Under the pieces are notes generated by a model. The model was not told where the DNA came from. It searched no databases and saw only the letters and a program-made list of their open reading frames with translations. Position numbers and translations under genes: made by a program. A stretch of 63,998 nt of DNA, the filler included, from Streblomastix strix (Eukaryota): NCBI GenBank assembly GCA_008636045.1. It is 4 parts of 4 records of this genome, joined end to end, with 100 filler letters (N's around TTAATTAATTAA, not from the genome) between each part and the next. Parts side by side here need not be neighbours in the genome. Positions count along the whole stretch, not along the records: positions 32,165 to 48,141 come from SNRW01000894.1; positions 48,242 to 63,998 come from SNRW01000939.1; 2 more parts are not named here. The stretch is one strand, 5' to 3'. Shown here piece by piece: positions 39,620 to 53,211 of this stretch; position 1 is the stretch's first letter, and each line of letters starts with the position of its first letter.

Positions 39620-42600
39620 ATGTCTAAGTTAGCAAAGTCAGAAATTTTTTAATTAGTGGCTATAATTAGACAAATCAATGAATCAGATAAATATTGTTCA
39701 TTATATACTGAATTAGTAACCAAATTAGAAAATTTAAATTATACAGGGAGTAGAACAAACTTTAATAATGTATATCACTTTCTTGAGCAATAATTTGGAT
39801 TACCATATCAATAACTTATGTAAGAAATTGATGTCAATTCATCAGATTTTATAGATAAGTTGCATCATAGATAACATTAACTTTTCGTTAATAAATTTGA
39901 TGTTGATAGGATAAATAAAGAAAGAATTAATAAAGCAAAATAGAGATTAAGAATATATTATAATATAGATTAATTCAAAATTAAACGGTTTGATGTTGAT
40001 AGAATATATAAGGATAAAATCAATAAACTTAAACGTAATCTCAACCAATAATTGATGCAAAATGAAGATGATTTCTCTAACACATTTTTAACAATTGAAA
40101 ATCTAAAAAGAGTAAATAGATTATTATAAATAGCATTACAATTATGTGATGTTGAAACTGAAGAAGAAGCAATTAAAGCAATAAAAAGAGTAAGTAAATT
40201 CAAAAATATTGAAGCAATTGCTGAAGTTGATTATGATGAAATTACATATAAACTTCATTGCTTTAATAAACTGATTCAGTAAGAGCAACTCTCTTAATTT
40301 GCAAATAAAATTAATGATTCATACAAAGGACTTCCATTTAAAGCTCAAAATGATTTTTGAATTCTAATATAACGAAAACTTGATGGAAATAATTATGAAT
40401 TTTCTTGTAAAATTCCTTCATTAAATAATTCTTTCAAACATAAATAATCAACAATTACTGACAAGAAATCATTAAAATAATTCAAAATAGATATGTTTAA
40501 AGATTTAAGAGAATTAATGAAAAGAATATCTGAAGATGCTAGAAATTTGATTGTTGGAATATTTAGTGTAATGTTCACTGCTTACAAATTAATAGATTCA
40601 GGAGCAAAAATACCATATCTTGATAAACATGTTAAATAACATTCAGTTCATTATATAGATTCAGATTATAAAATATGTTTCTTTATAGCACTAGATTATA
40701 AGATAAGAAGCATAATTGATGAAAAAGTTAATAACAATTCAGTAATAACTTTTGCTAAACAACAATTCGCTTACTTCTATAAAATTAAAAGAAAATATTA
40801 ACTATTTGAATATATGTATAATAATGCAGCTAAGAAAGATTAATCACTTATTAAATATTTATAAGATTATTAAGGCTTCAATATCTCTACTGAAATGATT
40901 AAATTTACTGATACATTTAATCTTATAGTTAACATATACACTTATTATGAAGAATTAGAAGGAAAAACAGGTTAATATAGACTATTTAATTCAAATGGAT
41001 TACTTAATAATGAATCAATAACTTTAGACTTATTACTCATTAGTGATGGGAACGAGCAGCATGTAATGTAAGTATCTAATGTTGAGAAACTTACTGATGT
41101 TCTTATTTATCCAAGTTATCATGATTATATATCAATTCTATCAAAAACTAACAAAAGAGTTAATCAAAATTTCAATACTCATGTAGAAAAATGTAAGTCA
41201 TCAATTCATGCACTTCCAATCTTATTAAAAGATGTTCCAATGCCTATATGTCCTGCAATTCTAGGTCATCCTACTACAGAGTACTTAATGACTTATGAAT
41301 TAATGAATCAATTTAAACCATAGCGATGATTTATAACATATGACTTCGAAACTTTAAGTGATTAAGTTTTGAGAAATATAACAGATTAAACAACGTTACT
41401 CTCACAATTATCTAGATCATCAATTGCATCAACGGAAGTGCATCCAAGTAGAGACAAATCATATGAATTAGTTAAGAGATGTTATATATCATTCGATGAA
41501 TTATTTATTGATTATTAGGAATAATTGGAAAAATATGAATTACATAACTCATCATCTTTTATTCATTTATGGCTTGCATAGCGATTAGAATCAGCATAAT
41601 AGATATATTAATGTGTGAAGTATAGTGATGAAAATATTCCTTTTGACAAATGTGATAAAGTATTGGGATGGAATAGTTCAAGATTTGATATTGCTTTGTT
41701 ACTGGATGCATTAGATTGTGAACTTTGGATAATGGATGTTCCTATTGGTGATCTCAATAATGCTAAATCAATTATAGGAACATATAAAAGGTCAAATATG
41801 AAATTATAATTCATTGATGCTGAGAATCTATTTGGACAAATGGCATTAAAAGCATGTGTAAAGGGTTATTGCGATAAATCTGAACATAAAGATATATTTC
41901 CTTATGAAATTATTAATTCAAAGAATTGAAATGAAATATTAGTGAAAACAGAACCATTTGAATATGTAGATTTTAAATCATAGCTCAAAGGAGGTTATTC
42001 TATAGCAAAAGATTTATATGATTAATATTTGGTTGATTTTAAGGGATTCTCCAACAGATTAGAATATCTCAAATATTATAACATTAATGAAACAGAGATT
42101 ATGGTTAAACCTTTAATGAATTTGATTGATACATTTGAATAATTCAATATTGATGTTTTACGCTATATTTCAATAGCTTCATACAAATATGCAACGAAAC
42201 ATTATTCAACATACTTTCCTTCTCAATTCAATTTTGAAAGTGTTAAATAAAATTATTGGAATGATTTTAATATTAATGCTGACTATTCTAATCCTAATCC
42301 TTAAGCAAAACCTTTTGTACTAACAGAATGGTTCTAGAAAAATAAGTGTTATAATTATAAATAACAGGATTATAAGGCAGGTAGAGAATCAGATAAAAAT
42401 GTAACAGCTGATGACTACGATTACTATAAAAAGTTGTTTGAAACATCAGTGTGTTCAATTTGTAATGCAAAATTCACTTATGACAATCCACCCAGTTTTG
42501 ATAGATAAAATAATGAACTTTCACATATTAAAGATAACTGTTTACCTGCATGTGTTTCATTTAATATTGCACATACAAATAAAACCCCAAAAATAGCATC

Positions 42601-44190
42601 ATTACATATCAAGATGAGATAGTATGCAATTAAACATAATTTACCTATGACAATTAGTGATGAAAGAATATATAAATTACTTCGAGAATGTATTACAAGT
42701 TATCTTGCAGCAGTATTTCATAGAGAGAATATTGCAGGTAAAACTTATATAAATGAATTAAGTTATGACGAATAATTAAGCAATGTGATCTCATAAGATA
42801 ATGAAAATGTTACTACTCATGTATTCGCTCTTGACGGTAATAGTCTATATCCGAGTTTATAATCATCAGTCAAAAATGAAAATATTCCTTACATTGATCA
42901 TAGAATGTATATGGCTGGAAGATCAAGAATTTATTCAAAAAAACCATATGTAATAAAAAACTGCATTGAACAACGAAAAGATATATTTGTAGCAAAAGTC
43001 AAAGGTTATTTTCCAAAGTCGGAATACAATAACTTACTCGCTCTACCTCCTATATTTAGAAACATTGAGATAAAAATTAAAGAAGATGTGATAGGTGAAT
43101 ATATGTATTCACAAGCACAAAATCATTCACTACCAATGACTAGGTAAGACAGAAAACTAACAACATTACTTGACACTAATGGCTAATATATGGTATTTAA
43201 TAACTATTATCTTCGGCTTCTTATTGATCTCGATTTAGTCATTATTGACTATAAAGCTATTGCAGTATTTGAGGAAAATGTCGCATATGAGCCTTTCTTT
43301 AGAACAATGATGAACTTAAGAATATATGCTATATTAGTAGGATCATCTAAAGAAAAATTCAATTAATTGATAATTAACGCATCATATGGATATGATACAT
43401 TAAATACGGAGAAATTTGGCAAGATAAAGATGTTAGATAAAGCTGGTACTTTCATTGCATAACATCATCTTAATCACATTGGTATCAGACATATTAGTGC
43501 TAATACATTTGCAGTATAAATTAAACCTAAAACAGCAACTTATTTCACATCAATTCAATCAGGAGTCTTTACCTTAGATAAAGCAAAATGTTGTTATCTC
43601 AATTATATATATAACTTCATGTATAAATGTCTGGATCGCAAACGGTTTCAATTTATTCTTGCAGATACCGATTAATTCAATATTACTATTGCAGGAGACA
43701 AAGATAAAGACTGTCACTAATAATTTGAATCATTAATAACAGATATGCAGTTCTATGAATAACATGTATACTAATACTTACCTGATCCTAATAAAGACAT
43801 CTATGATTATAAAAAGATACTTGGATTTGCAATTGAAAATAAAGGATATAAACTTAAATCATTAGGACCTAAGTGTTATTCAATAATTGTACACAAATGG
43901 AGTAAAGAGATATAATAATATGAATTTAAACCAAAAATAACATCTAATGGTATTAGTAAGTCATAACAGATATCACATAATGATTACATTAATGTAATTA
44001 ATAAATATATAGTGAAAAATGTATTAATGGAACATTAAAAATGTACGATAATGTTAAGAGTAGTATTCAAGTAGAAAAGTATGTACTAACAAGATTCAAT
44101 AATAAATCAATAGTACTTAGGAATTAATGTTGTTGTCCATATATTAAAGGATTATCAGCTAAGGATTATAATATCAAAGATTAGTCCAAT
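39620..44190 (+). pseudogene. Protein-primed family-B DNA polymerase (~1,500 codons) with inserted EndoVII/HNH-like Zn domain
   Basis: ExoI ITYDFETL (~41339), ExoII GWNSSRFD, ExoIII YLKYYNINET; insert CSIC..SFDRQNNELSHIKDNCLPAC; motif A LDGNSLYPS (~42830), B QLIINASYG, C ADTDQ, GPKCY. Three TGA (40358, 41327, 41927) and a frameshift near 44020. Confidence 0.92.
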
Positions 44191-44849
44191 AGAAAATTGT
44201 CGAATTAAAGATTATTAACGAATTATATTTTTTCTATTTTAATCTAAAGTGCAAATCATATAACAATGTCTAACTCAAATTGATATTAACAAAAAAAAGA
44301 TTGTGGAACAAATCAAAACATAATATAAACTATAGTAACTTGATAATTAAATGAAATAATATAAATAGAAAACGAATTCAAAATACAAATTAAATGATTA
44401 ATAAAATTAAATTATTACAATTCAATTCGCTGAACCGACTTTTAGTGACGTAGATGGTGGAACAGTTAAAATGCAATAGATATTGAAAGAATGATTGTAA
44501 AAAGAGATATAATGGATGAATGTTGAAAATATTACTGAAAACAGATTATGTAATACTATAGATGGATATAGAACATTAAGAGATGAATATATGGAAGGTT
44601 TATAAGCATTAATTGATGAGATTGAAGAATGATTCGTTATATTTTTTCAATATCAAAATGACTATCTTTGAACCACTATCTGCAAATATTACTGATGCTA
44701 TTGATGCTCCTGAATCATTAAACATTGATTGGCACGCTAATTGGAAAGCAATTTATGAAGCAGGAATCAAATTCGCTTGCGAATCGAAATTATGCAAATG
44801 AATAAAAAAGTAAGATATATGTTATTTTTATTTTTTATCCTGATTATAA

Positions 44850-45466
44850 GTGACTCAATCAGAGATAGATTCTGAATTAGAAACAGAAACAGAAACAGAA
44901 TTCGTCACTCTAAAAGCTAATAGTGAACTTGAAATTTCAATATGCGAGCCATGGATTATTTGGAGAAAATAAGATGGATTTATTCCTAAATTCAGTGAGA
45001 GCAATAGTGGATATTTGCTTGGAAATGTTGGTTGATAAACATATTCGTTACATAGGTTGTTTACAGATTAGTTTGTTGCAAAAGATGACCTAATTATTAA
45101 GACAAAAATCGATCACAAAATGGTATTAAGACTGATAACAGTATAGAAAACTTACTCAGTATGAATAGTTCATAAAATTAGAAAAATAAGTCGAAACACA
45201 ATACTGATGTTTAATATGAATATGTTAATGAAATTCCTGATGATGTTATTACTATTAATGATTATGGATTACATTAGTTTGAATTCTATTCCTACAGTTA
45301 AGAAACAGAAAAATTTTATTATTATAATGGTTTAAAATTTAAAATATTATATATTAATGAAGTAAAACGAAATGGATTATTATTTGTTCACGCTTATGAC
45401 ATTGATAGTGATTTAGTAAATATTTATATTAATAAATTCAAAAGACTATATAAAATAATTAATTGA
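44850..45466 (+). pseudogene. HNH endonuclease (NUMOD4-HNH-like), frameshifted
   Basis: SGYL..YSLHRL..QFV..IDHK/GIKTDNSIENL..SQNQKNK, followed by YEYVNEIPDD..FYYYNG..ILYIN. Confidence 0.8.
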
Positions 45467-45499
45467 ATTGTTTATTTTTGCATCCTTATTATAAATTAA

Positions 45500-47316
45500 A
45501 TGGTATTAAGAGAGTAATAACAACTTGATCAATAGAAAAATATAGATTCTTATTCACTAGCTTATAATTACTTATATAATTTTGATAACACAAATAATGT
45601 TATTCTAACAAAGGTGGATATGAAAAAATTATTAGCTAAAGATTCTGATAACAGAATAATTGAAAATGGATATTATTATACTTCTTACCTAACAAATGAT
45701 GATTATACTAAATTATGGGATAGGTATAAGAGTTGGGCTGAAGATGAAAATCCGAATTTGTATAAATTTATCATTGCATAGGAGTAAGCTGATTAATAAA
45801 TTGCTTAAGTGAGATATAGAATAATTAAACAAAAACCTTAGCCACAATCAATCCCTTAATCAATTTAACCAGATCGAAGATCCACACTAATTTAAGTATA
45901 TTAGCCTATAAGAATTAATTAACCATTATAGAATACTCCAACTAAGTCAAAAGCCAAAAAACAACCTTACTCAATCAACTTTGTTGACGAACTTAATGAA
46001 TTAAAGTAGTAAGTAATGAATATAGTTAGTGAATAGAAGTAACTCAATTTAGATAATGAAATAGATTCAAACACAAAAATAAATGCAATACTTTAATATG
46101 AAACCACTAATATGAATTAATCTTTTTATAGCAGTATTCTGAATCATGAGTTCAACTAAAAACAATTTAAAGTATTGGGTTAAATAGCATAAACTATTAA
46201 CATTTTTGACTAATCTCTTAGCTAATAATATGACTAATACATCTTGTAGTATACTGAGAAATATCCATAGAATATTTATACTTTCTAACTTAAACCAAAA
46301 AAATTAAAAAACTGAAAGAAAGATAACTTATTCCAAGAAATAACATAAAAACCATTCCTTTTCAAACCAAAGTATGGCGTTATCCGTAAAGCTAATTACT
46401 ATGATATATCATCTCGCAAAACTATGAACTAATTTGATATTTACTCTTAAACTAATACTCTAGAACCTCACTTCTATTAACTCAAACCACTAGCAAGATT
46501 TGAAAGACCATATTTCTCACCCAACTACAATTCTTAGGAAATACATTAAGTATACATAATGAAAAAAAATGTTGAAATTATACAATATTTATTCGCTATT
46601 AATGTAAACACTAAATATTTAATAGTAATACCAGTGAAATCTAAATCATAAATTCCCATACTTAATGCTTTAAAATAGCTTATATAACTTGTTTAGATTG
46701 ATGATATCAGAGGAGATGGTGAGAAATCTTATGCTTCAAAATTACTAAATGATTTCTAAAAAGAAAATAAGATAAATACGTTCCTCACTGGAAGCAAATT
46801 CACTAATCATAATAGAGTTATTGACGGAGTAATTCGAACAATAAGAAATGCATACGGTAATAACATTTATGAACTTGCTAATGATTAATTAATGTAATAA
46901 ACTATTAATTTATATAATAATAAACCATATATTACTTTCAAAAATAAATATTGTCTAATATAATTTCAAAATGATAAGCGGATTGAAGGTTAATACATCT
47001 ATCACTGATAATAGTAATTAAAAGATAAAATTGCATTATAAAATAAAACAGTCTAAAGTATTATAAAAAAGGTAATATTTTACTATTACACATTGATACT
47101 GCAAAGATGGAACACTAATTTGAAAAAATTAGACGAAATTTCAATTATATTGGTATATTTGTGGAACATTTTAATGGAAACGTTAAAGTTGAATTATTGA
47201 ATCCATATAGTGAATTATAAACAATAACATTACCAATATTCTTTACAAAATTAGTGGCAAATAATATAAATGAATTAGATAATGAATATAAATTATACTT
47301 TAGATTAAAATTGTGA
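45500..47316 (+). pseudogene. RVE integrase with ~330-codon N-terminal extension
   Basis: One frame from ATG 45500 (TGA at 46313) into RPYFSP, YLFAINVNTKYL, IRGDGEKS, NHNRVIDGVIRTIRN, YNNKP. First Asp decayed (WEID to QEIH). Frameshift near 47050. Confidence 0.85.
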
Positions 47317-47341
47317 ATTTTATTTTTTTATAATTTTTGAA

Positions 47342-47593
47342 ATGGAAACAACAATCGAAGTAATCAATGAAGTTGAAAGTGAATATATTGAATAATATGT
47401 TGAAGAGAGATCAGTTGGAAGGTCAAAGAAATACTTCAATGATGATGATAGAAAGGAAGCAAATCGTTAACAATATTTAGCAACAAAGGGAAGATATAAG
47501 TAGAAGAAAGCTTAGATTAACAGTAGAAATAGCATTGTTTAAAATAATTAATAATGTTATTATCCGATCATAACTTTAAAGAAGATGATATGA
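47342..47593 (+). CDS. Small basic protein with VGRSKKYFND motif
   Basis: Homologous to 27817 and in the same position directly after the integrase. Confidence 0.6.
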
Positions 47594-48141
47594 GTTTTGT
47601 GTTGGAATGGCTAGCAACAAAGTTGCCGCCGAAGGTACAAACTGACATAGAATAAAAGATCATACAGAAGAATAATTGACATAAATTTATTTTTTATCTA
47701 ATTGAAAATAATATTTGAAATCATAATTAGTACCTCATTAATAATCATAGCATTAGTTGAGATAGCTAATTTATTCCTGAAAGCCAGAGCGTTTGATGTA
47801 ATAAATGAACTTGTAAAAGGTGAAGAAAGAGATATTCATAAAAAAGATCACTCTGAAGATTATTTATCTATATTTAATTGAGAATATATGTTTTGTATTT
47901 TTGTTCAGACAAAATGACGTAAATAATATCTCTAAGATCATCATAGACATCAATTCTGACAATTATTGAAGAAGATTCCCCATTTGAAAAAAAATAATAA
48001 ACATCTATTGATTCTCCATAATAATCCAACAAAAGAAGAAGAAGCTCAATATTTGAAAATGAATTAACTGCTGAATCATCAGTTTGCAAATGGTTAATGG
48101 ATATAATTAGTGAGGATGAACATATGCAAAAAGATTCAACT

Positions 48142-48241
48142 NNNNNNNNNNNNNNNNNNNNNNNNNNNNNNNNNNNNNNNNNNNNTTAATTAATTAANNN
48201 NNNNNNNNNNNNNNNNNNNNNNNNNNNNNNNNNNNNNNNNN
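48142..48241. other. Artificial linker
   Basis: N-TTAATTAATTAA-N, 100 bp. Confidence 0.99.
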
Positions 48242-50250
48242 TTTGGCCGGGTGGTAACTTCTCTTCTTATTTCATCCTAGGACCTCTCTCCAGAACTTGG
48301 TTCGAAGGACCCATTGTCACCAGATTCAGAATTGTTGGTAGCATCGCTCTGAATTTAAATCTGCACCAGTCTGGCATTATCAGTGCTGCAATCGTTTTAT
48401 CTCTCTTTAATTTCTAGATTGTCTGAGGAATTTTACTAATTGGAGGATGTAGAAGCAGTTTTTCGTTGGTCCATGGTATTGTAAAAGCGTTGCTTGCGAC
48501 TGCTCTTCGGTCTTGCTACAAGCTGCAATATCTTTCGAGTTGTCTCATTGTTCGATGAGCGAAGGCATCCAGAGTAGGGTAAAAATTTAGCTGGTGCAGA
48601 GCTTGTTAAAATACTTCTTTCTTGATCTTGTAATCGCCCGACCAGCAAAGTCGATTCAAAGCATCCGCTGTTTCGTTCAATTTGCCTGGAAGGTGGATCG
48701 TTACTATTGTTATATTCAACTGTTGCAGTAGAAGAAAGATTTCACGTACAATTTGAATGATTGCTGGGGCTGCTCTCCATCTTCTAATGCAGTACTCCGT
48801 GGTTGTATTGTCGGTTCGAAGAAGGAAACAATCCGTTCCCAATTCCAGTAACGAAGTCTTCCAAATTCTCAGAGAAATCAGTACTGCAGCTAGTTCTCTT
48901 TGGTTGCTTGATTTCAAGTGCCATCCATGGTTCCATTCGCTCGCATCCATTATAATTTGGTTATTCTTTTAGATCGTTACTCCCCAACCTTCCTCGCAGG
49001 CATCTGATGTCATTATAATATCTGGTGTCCTGTCCAATAGATCTCTCGGTTCGTTATTCTTAACAAGTTTCAGAATCATTTATAAATTCCCCAGAATTCT
49101 ATTATTCAGTTTGAGTCGGCCATTCCATCCTCCCAAAACGACTGCTTTAGTTTTCAGATTGTTCAACGCATTCATCTATAACGATATCTGGGGAAATTGA
49201 AATCTTAGAAAGTTTCTCTCTCCTACTATTGAGGCAAAGTCCTTGATCTTCACGATCTTTGTTGCATATGTCTTATCAATCCATTATTTCAGTTTGATCT
49301 TCATGTCTCTTTTCCTTGATGTTGTCATCTTAGCTTCCATTGTTGAGGTTTCGAATTGCCATCCCAGATATTGAAACGATGTTTTGGGGTATATTATGCA
49401 TTTCTATCTTGCTAGTTTCCAGCCAAGATTCTGTAGGAAGTCGATAATTTATAAAGTCGTTATCTTCAATTATTCTTTGGATTTATGGAGTAGAATTATG
49501 TCGTCCATGTAGTGTTGAAATTTAATGATCCATTTGCCTCTAATGGTTCTAATCGCTATAGCAAGAGTTTTCTAGAACAGGTAAGGGCTTCGTTTCCATC
49601 CAAAAGGGAGTCCTAGGTAACAAAAGTTTCTGTTCTTGAACTGGAAGCCAAGGAAAGGTTACAGTTGTTCTGAGACAAATATGTGGTGAAAAGCATCTTT
49701 TATATCGAATATCGTGGCATAATCTCCCTATTCGAGGATCTGTCGAAGTTCTTCCGGGCCGTCCATCTTGAAGTGTACGTTCTGTGTCATCGAATTAATT
49801 TAGCGACAATCCAAGACCTTCCTAGCTCGGCCATCTGATCTGCGGACTAAGAAAGTGGGATTGGAGAAAATTATGTGGTCTGTCTCTTTAACAATGCCCA
49901 GATTCAATTCCTCCAGGAGTTATTTCGAATACTCCTCTTCTTCCATCTTATTACCTTTAAAGGCTGAAGATTGTTTCATTTGTTCTAATATTTTTGGAGC
50001 TTAATTGGAGGTCCAAAGTGGTTGCGCACCCTGCATTATCATTTATTCGCCTTGAATTTATTCCCATTGAGCTATCCTCGCCTTCAATCTGTTCGGGACC
50101 AACACATTCTTCAAGTCTATTGGATCCGGAGGTATCATTCTCTCGTTCGAATCGGGCTTTTGTAATTCCATTTAGTCATTATTATTCATCCTCCTCATCT
50201 TCCGCATCTTAATCATTTATAAAATCTCTCAATCTTTCATCTTATCTCTC
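48242..50250 (-). CDS. DIRS pol: reverse transcriptase, RNase H, methyltransferase-like domain (start approximate, 3'-truncated)
   Basis: NPTFLV, RKVLDCR, HFKMDG, FDIKDAFHH, GLPFGW..SP, HYMDDI (49500-49511), MTSDACEEGWG, SSNQRELAAV, RTDNTT, HLPGKLNETADAL, LDAFA, LLHPPI. Confidence 0.93.
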
Positions 50251-50268
50251 CTCTATCGCTGGTCTCAC

Positions 50269-51295
50269 TCATTCCTGTTTTGGTTGTTATGTTTGAAAAG
50301 GTGATGCGCCTGGTTATGAGTTGTTCTATTAGTTTTGGTGCTTATTTTTACTATATTACTGTTATATGTATCCGTTGCGGTCTCTTGTGTAAGGGCCACC
50401 TCTGCCTTACCATCGATTTCGATTGTAATTCGAATTAAATGCTCTAGGTTATTAAGTGTCTTAGATGCCTTATTGGAATGATAGAGGGAAGGGAAATGCA
50501 AGGAACTAGGAGAATGGTTGCTATTATGTCTGTTGTTGCTATTACTATAATTATTATTAACTCATCATGAGGGGAACTGTGACAAGAGGTTGAGCATTTT
50601 GCTTAGTTTGTGACTATGATACTGTTGATTCTTTTTCTTTGTGTTCTTATATTAATTTGGCAGTTTTAGCTTTTTCTTTGATGTTATCAATGGTCTTTTA
50701 TCCAAATATATCAACCGGGTTAGTGGCCCCACTCACAAGTCCCTCCAAGCTGTCTGGCATCAAAGCAGCTTCTCGTTTTGCCTATGCATCTCCGCCAATA
50801 ATACGATTCAAATGGTGAGAAACCAACATCCACATTGTTGCTGATTATTAGTCACCTACAGCCAAACTTGTAATTGCAGCTGCTGAGGCCCTCTAAGCGT
50901 TATCGGATAACTTGCAAAGTTCAGCCTCAAATTCGAGGTCCTTGTCCCCCTGTTTTTTCTTTTGCGGATTTCTTATTATCTTCGAGACCAATAGTTTAAT
51001 CGTTTTAGTCTTCTAGCTGTTGACGAGTTCGTTTCGAGGCTCTTTCGCCGGTTGGATCCAACTTTGCTGCAGGTTCGTCGTAGTACTGCTCAATTAGCTT
51101 TTAGGCCGAGGCAACCTGCTGCTAGTATCTCCTCTCTTCAGGTGTTCTCGCTGTTTTGTTGAGTAAATCCTACATGAAAGGTAATATCGCATTTTCGTCA
51201 TTTATTTGCTGTTACGGGGGCAGTTCTGGCTCGACAGGTTGCTGCTATGCAATATTAACTGGAAGTTGTTGTGCAGCAGGGGGATCTTAATTCAT
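50269..51295 (-). pseudogene. DIRS gag-like ORF, one frameshift
   Basis: MNQDPPAAQQLP... helical core and a Q-rich, RG-containing tail. Located just inside the 5' terminus, upstream of pol. Confidence 0.7.
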
Positions 51296-51438
51296 AAATT
51301 GAATATTCCGAGTTTTTGGAGAAATTTGTTTGATCCGACCCATTTCATGGTCTTTATATATTCCAATACAAAAAATGGAGGATAATTGAAATGCGATTGG
51401 GTTATATAAAACCCAGAATCTTTAGATGATTGGGTTTT

Positions 51439-52100
51439 CTAATTAATTTAATTCTTTATCATATCATTGGTTTAACCATCTCCAAATTTGAACAATTTTG
51501 AAAGAAATGTGAAGATGTATGGATAATATTATCAAGTCCATCTTTATTGAAAGGCGTTATTTATTTATAAAAGATATCCATCAGATATAATATACTGATG
51601 ATTCTATTAGCATTCAGCAAGGAAAGCAAGTGAAATTAATGAATATCGGTAAAAATGGCTGATCTTCCGATAAATATGATCCTTGAGGTTATTTATTATT
51701 TGAGAACAAAATTGTTATGGAATTGGAACAGCTTTAAAAACGGATGCAATTGCAATGGTAGCATTGTACTTAATATTATGAAATGAATAAGTACCATAAG
51801 AGAAAATTAGTAGTATGGTATGAAGAAGTTTGCCGTATGTTAAAATGCATTCATTTTCAGATCAATCTGCCCACGCTAATTGAATATGTGAAGCAAATTT
51901 AGTTATTTATCAATGATTTTTAACATACGGCAGCCAATCTTCCTCCAAACAATCAAAGACATATCGGAAAGCATTAATCGTCCACGCTTATGTTAGTAAT
52001 GGATAAATAAACATTAATCATATAGCAAATGAACAAATAACAAACCATACACATTAATACAGTGTTTGTTGCGCGGTAAAAACACTTTATTCAAAATCGT
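51439..52100 (-). pseudogene. ARM-like domain gene remnant, interrupted by the DIRS insertion
   Basis: IAIASVFKAVPIPQQF..SLAFLAECQQNHQYII..LSKLFKFG parallels the kinase ARM domain. Three TGA. Confidence 0.6.
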
Positions 52101-52691
52101 TTACGGATACAGCAGACTGTTATAGTAAAAATGTATTATTAAATGTATAGGTAATCCTTATGATTTTCTAGTGTTACTAAAACCAAAGGTTTCGGCAACT
52201 GAGTTGCTTTTTAATAAATAAAAAGTAAATTTAAGTGGGGTAATGAGAAAAGTTAATGTTTATATTATAGTGTGTTTTGCCTGATAAAAATAATCAAAAT
52301 CATTTTTTATTAAGATAAGCCTCAGCTATACGTATTGAATCACGAGTATGGTCATGCAAAGCATATAGATGTTTTTCTTATTTTTACTTTAGTTCTATAT
52401 CAAAATTTATAATTTCTTTAGTCTTTTGCTTATATTCGTTTAATAGTTATGTTTCTTGCTGTTTAAGATTATTATACCGAGTCTAATCCATTTTAAATTG
52501 TTAACAAAAATAATGATCAAAAATCATTATCAACTTCATATTATAGATATCTAGATTCTTCAGCTTCTCTTGCTACTCTAGTATTATGTATCTTACATTA
52601 ATCATTACTAAGTTATTTCATTTATTTAATATATTTATTTATTTATATTTAATAATAACAATTATTTATTTATCTCATATATCATATATAT

Positions 52692-53211
52692 ATTATTACA
52701 TAATCCTCCAGATGCCAAGATCGCCTTTGGTATAGTAGCTGATGACAACATCAGTTCAGCTCTCGGATTCCACGAACGTTCAAAAGAAGAAGCTTTGAGT
52801 GAAGGGAAGATTCGTGTTGGATAATTAAAAGAGAATACAGGAATTCAGATCCAAAGTGGAGATGATGTGAAGATTGAAGTTAACATGCCTGAGAGATCTG
52901 CAATGTTCTTCGTGAATGAGAAAGTGTTTCCGATAATAGTTACTAGTTTGGCGTAGAATGTCAAATTATTTGTATGATTGAAATAATGAATGAATTTAAC
53001 TCTATTTATTTTTATATTTATTATTATGTTAATTCATATACTAATATTTATTATTTGTTATTATATTAATTTATATAAATATTTATATTTTCAGGTTCAA
53101 TCAAACGAGCTTAACACACGCATTGAGCTTCTGGATGTGGCATAGTTGCATTCACCAACTCCAATATCATCAACACAATACCTGAAACCAATGGAAATGT
53201 GCTAATTATGA
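52692..53211 (+). CDS. SPRY/B30.2-like beta-sandwich protein, last two exons (upstream exons uncertain)
   Basis: IAFGIV..SGDDVKIEVNMPERSAMFFVNEKVFPIIVTSL..VKLF. GT-AG intron ~52972-53094. Confidence 0.6.

Larger units (their letters stand above)
39620..47593 (+). mobile_element. Degraded Polinton/Maverick-like endogenous DNA virus, partial
   Basis: Co-oriented intronless genes: pPolB, small ORFs, HNH endonuclease, RVE integrase, GRSKKY protein. No TIR recognised. Confidence 0.85.
48242..51438 (-). mobile_element. Second DIRS-type retrotransposon, 5' half
   Basis: Gag-like ORF, then RT-RNase H-MT. 5' terminus AAAACCCAATC... at 51438 resembles the end predicted by the ICR of the first element. 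Confidence 0.92.

Noticed and set aside
40358..41929. TGA codons in pPolB and the penton-like gene as support for recoding
   Set aside because: These elements also show TGG-to-TAG and catalytic-site decay, so mutation cannot be separated from recoding.
48242..48260. The two DIRS halves being one split element
   Set aside because: Both contain RNase H and MT regions with clearly different sequences, so they are separate families.
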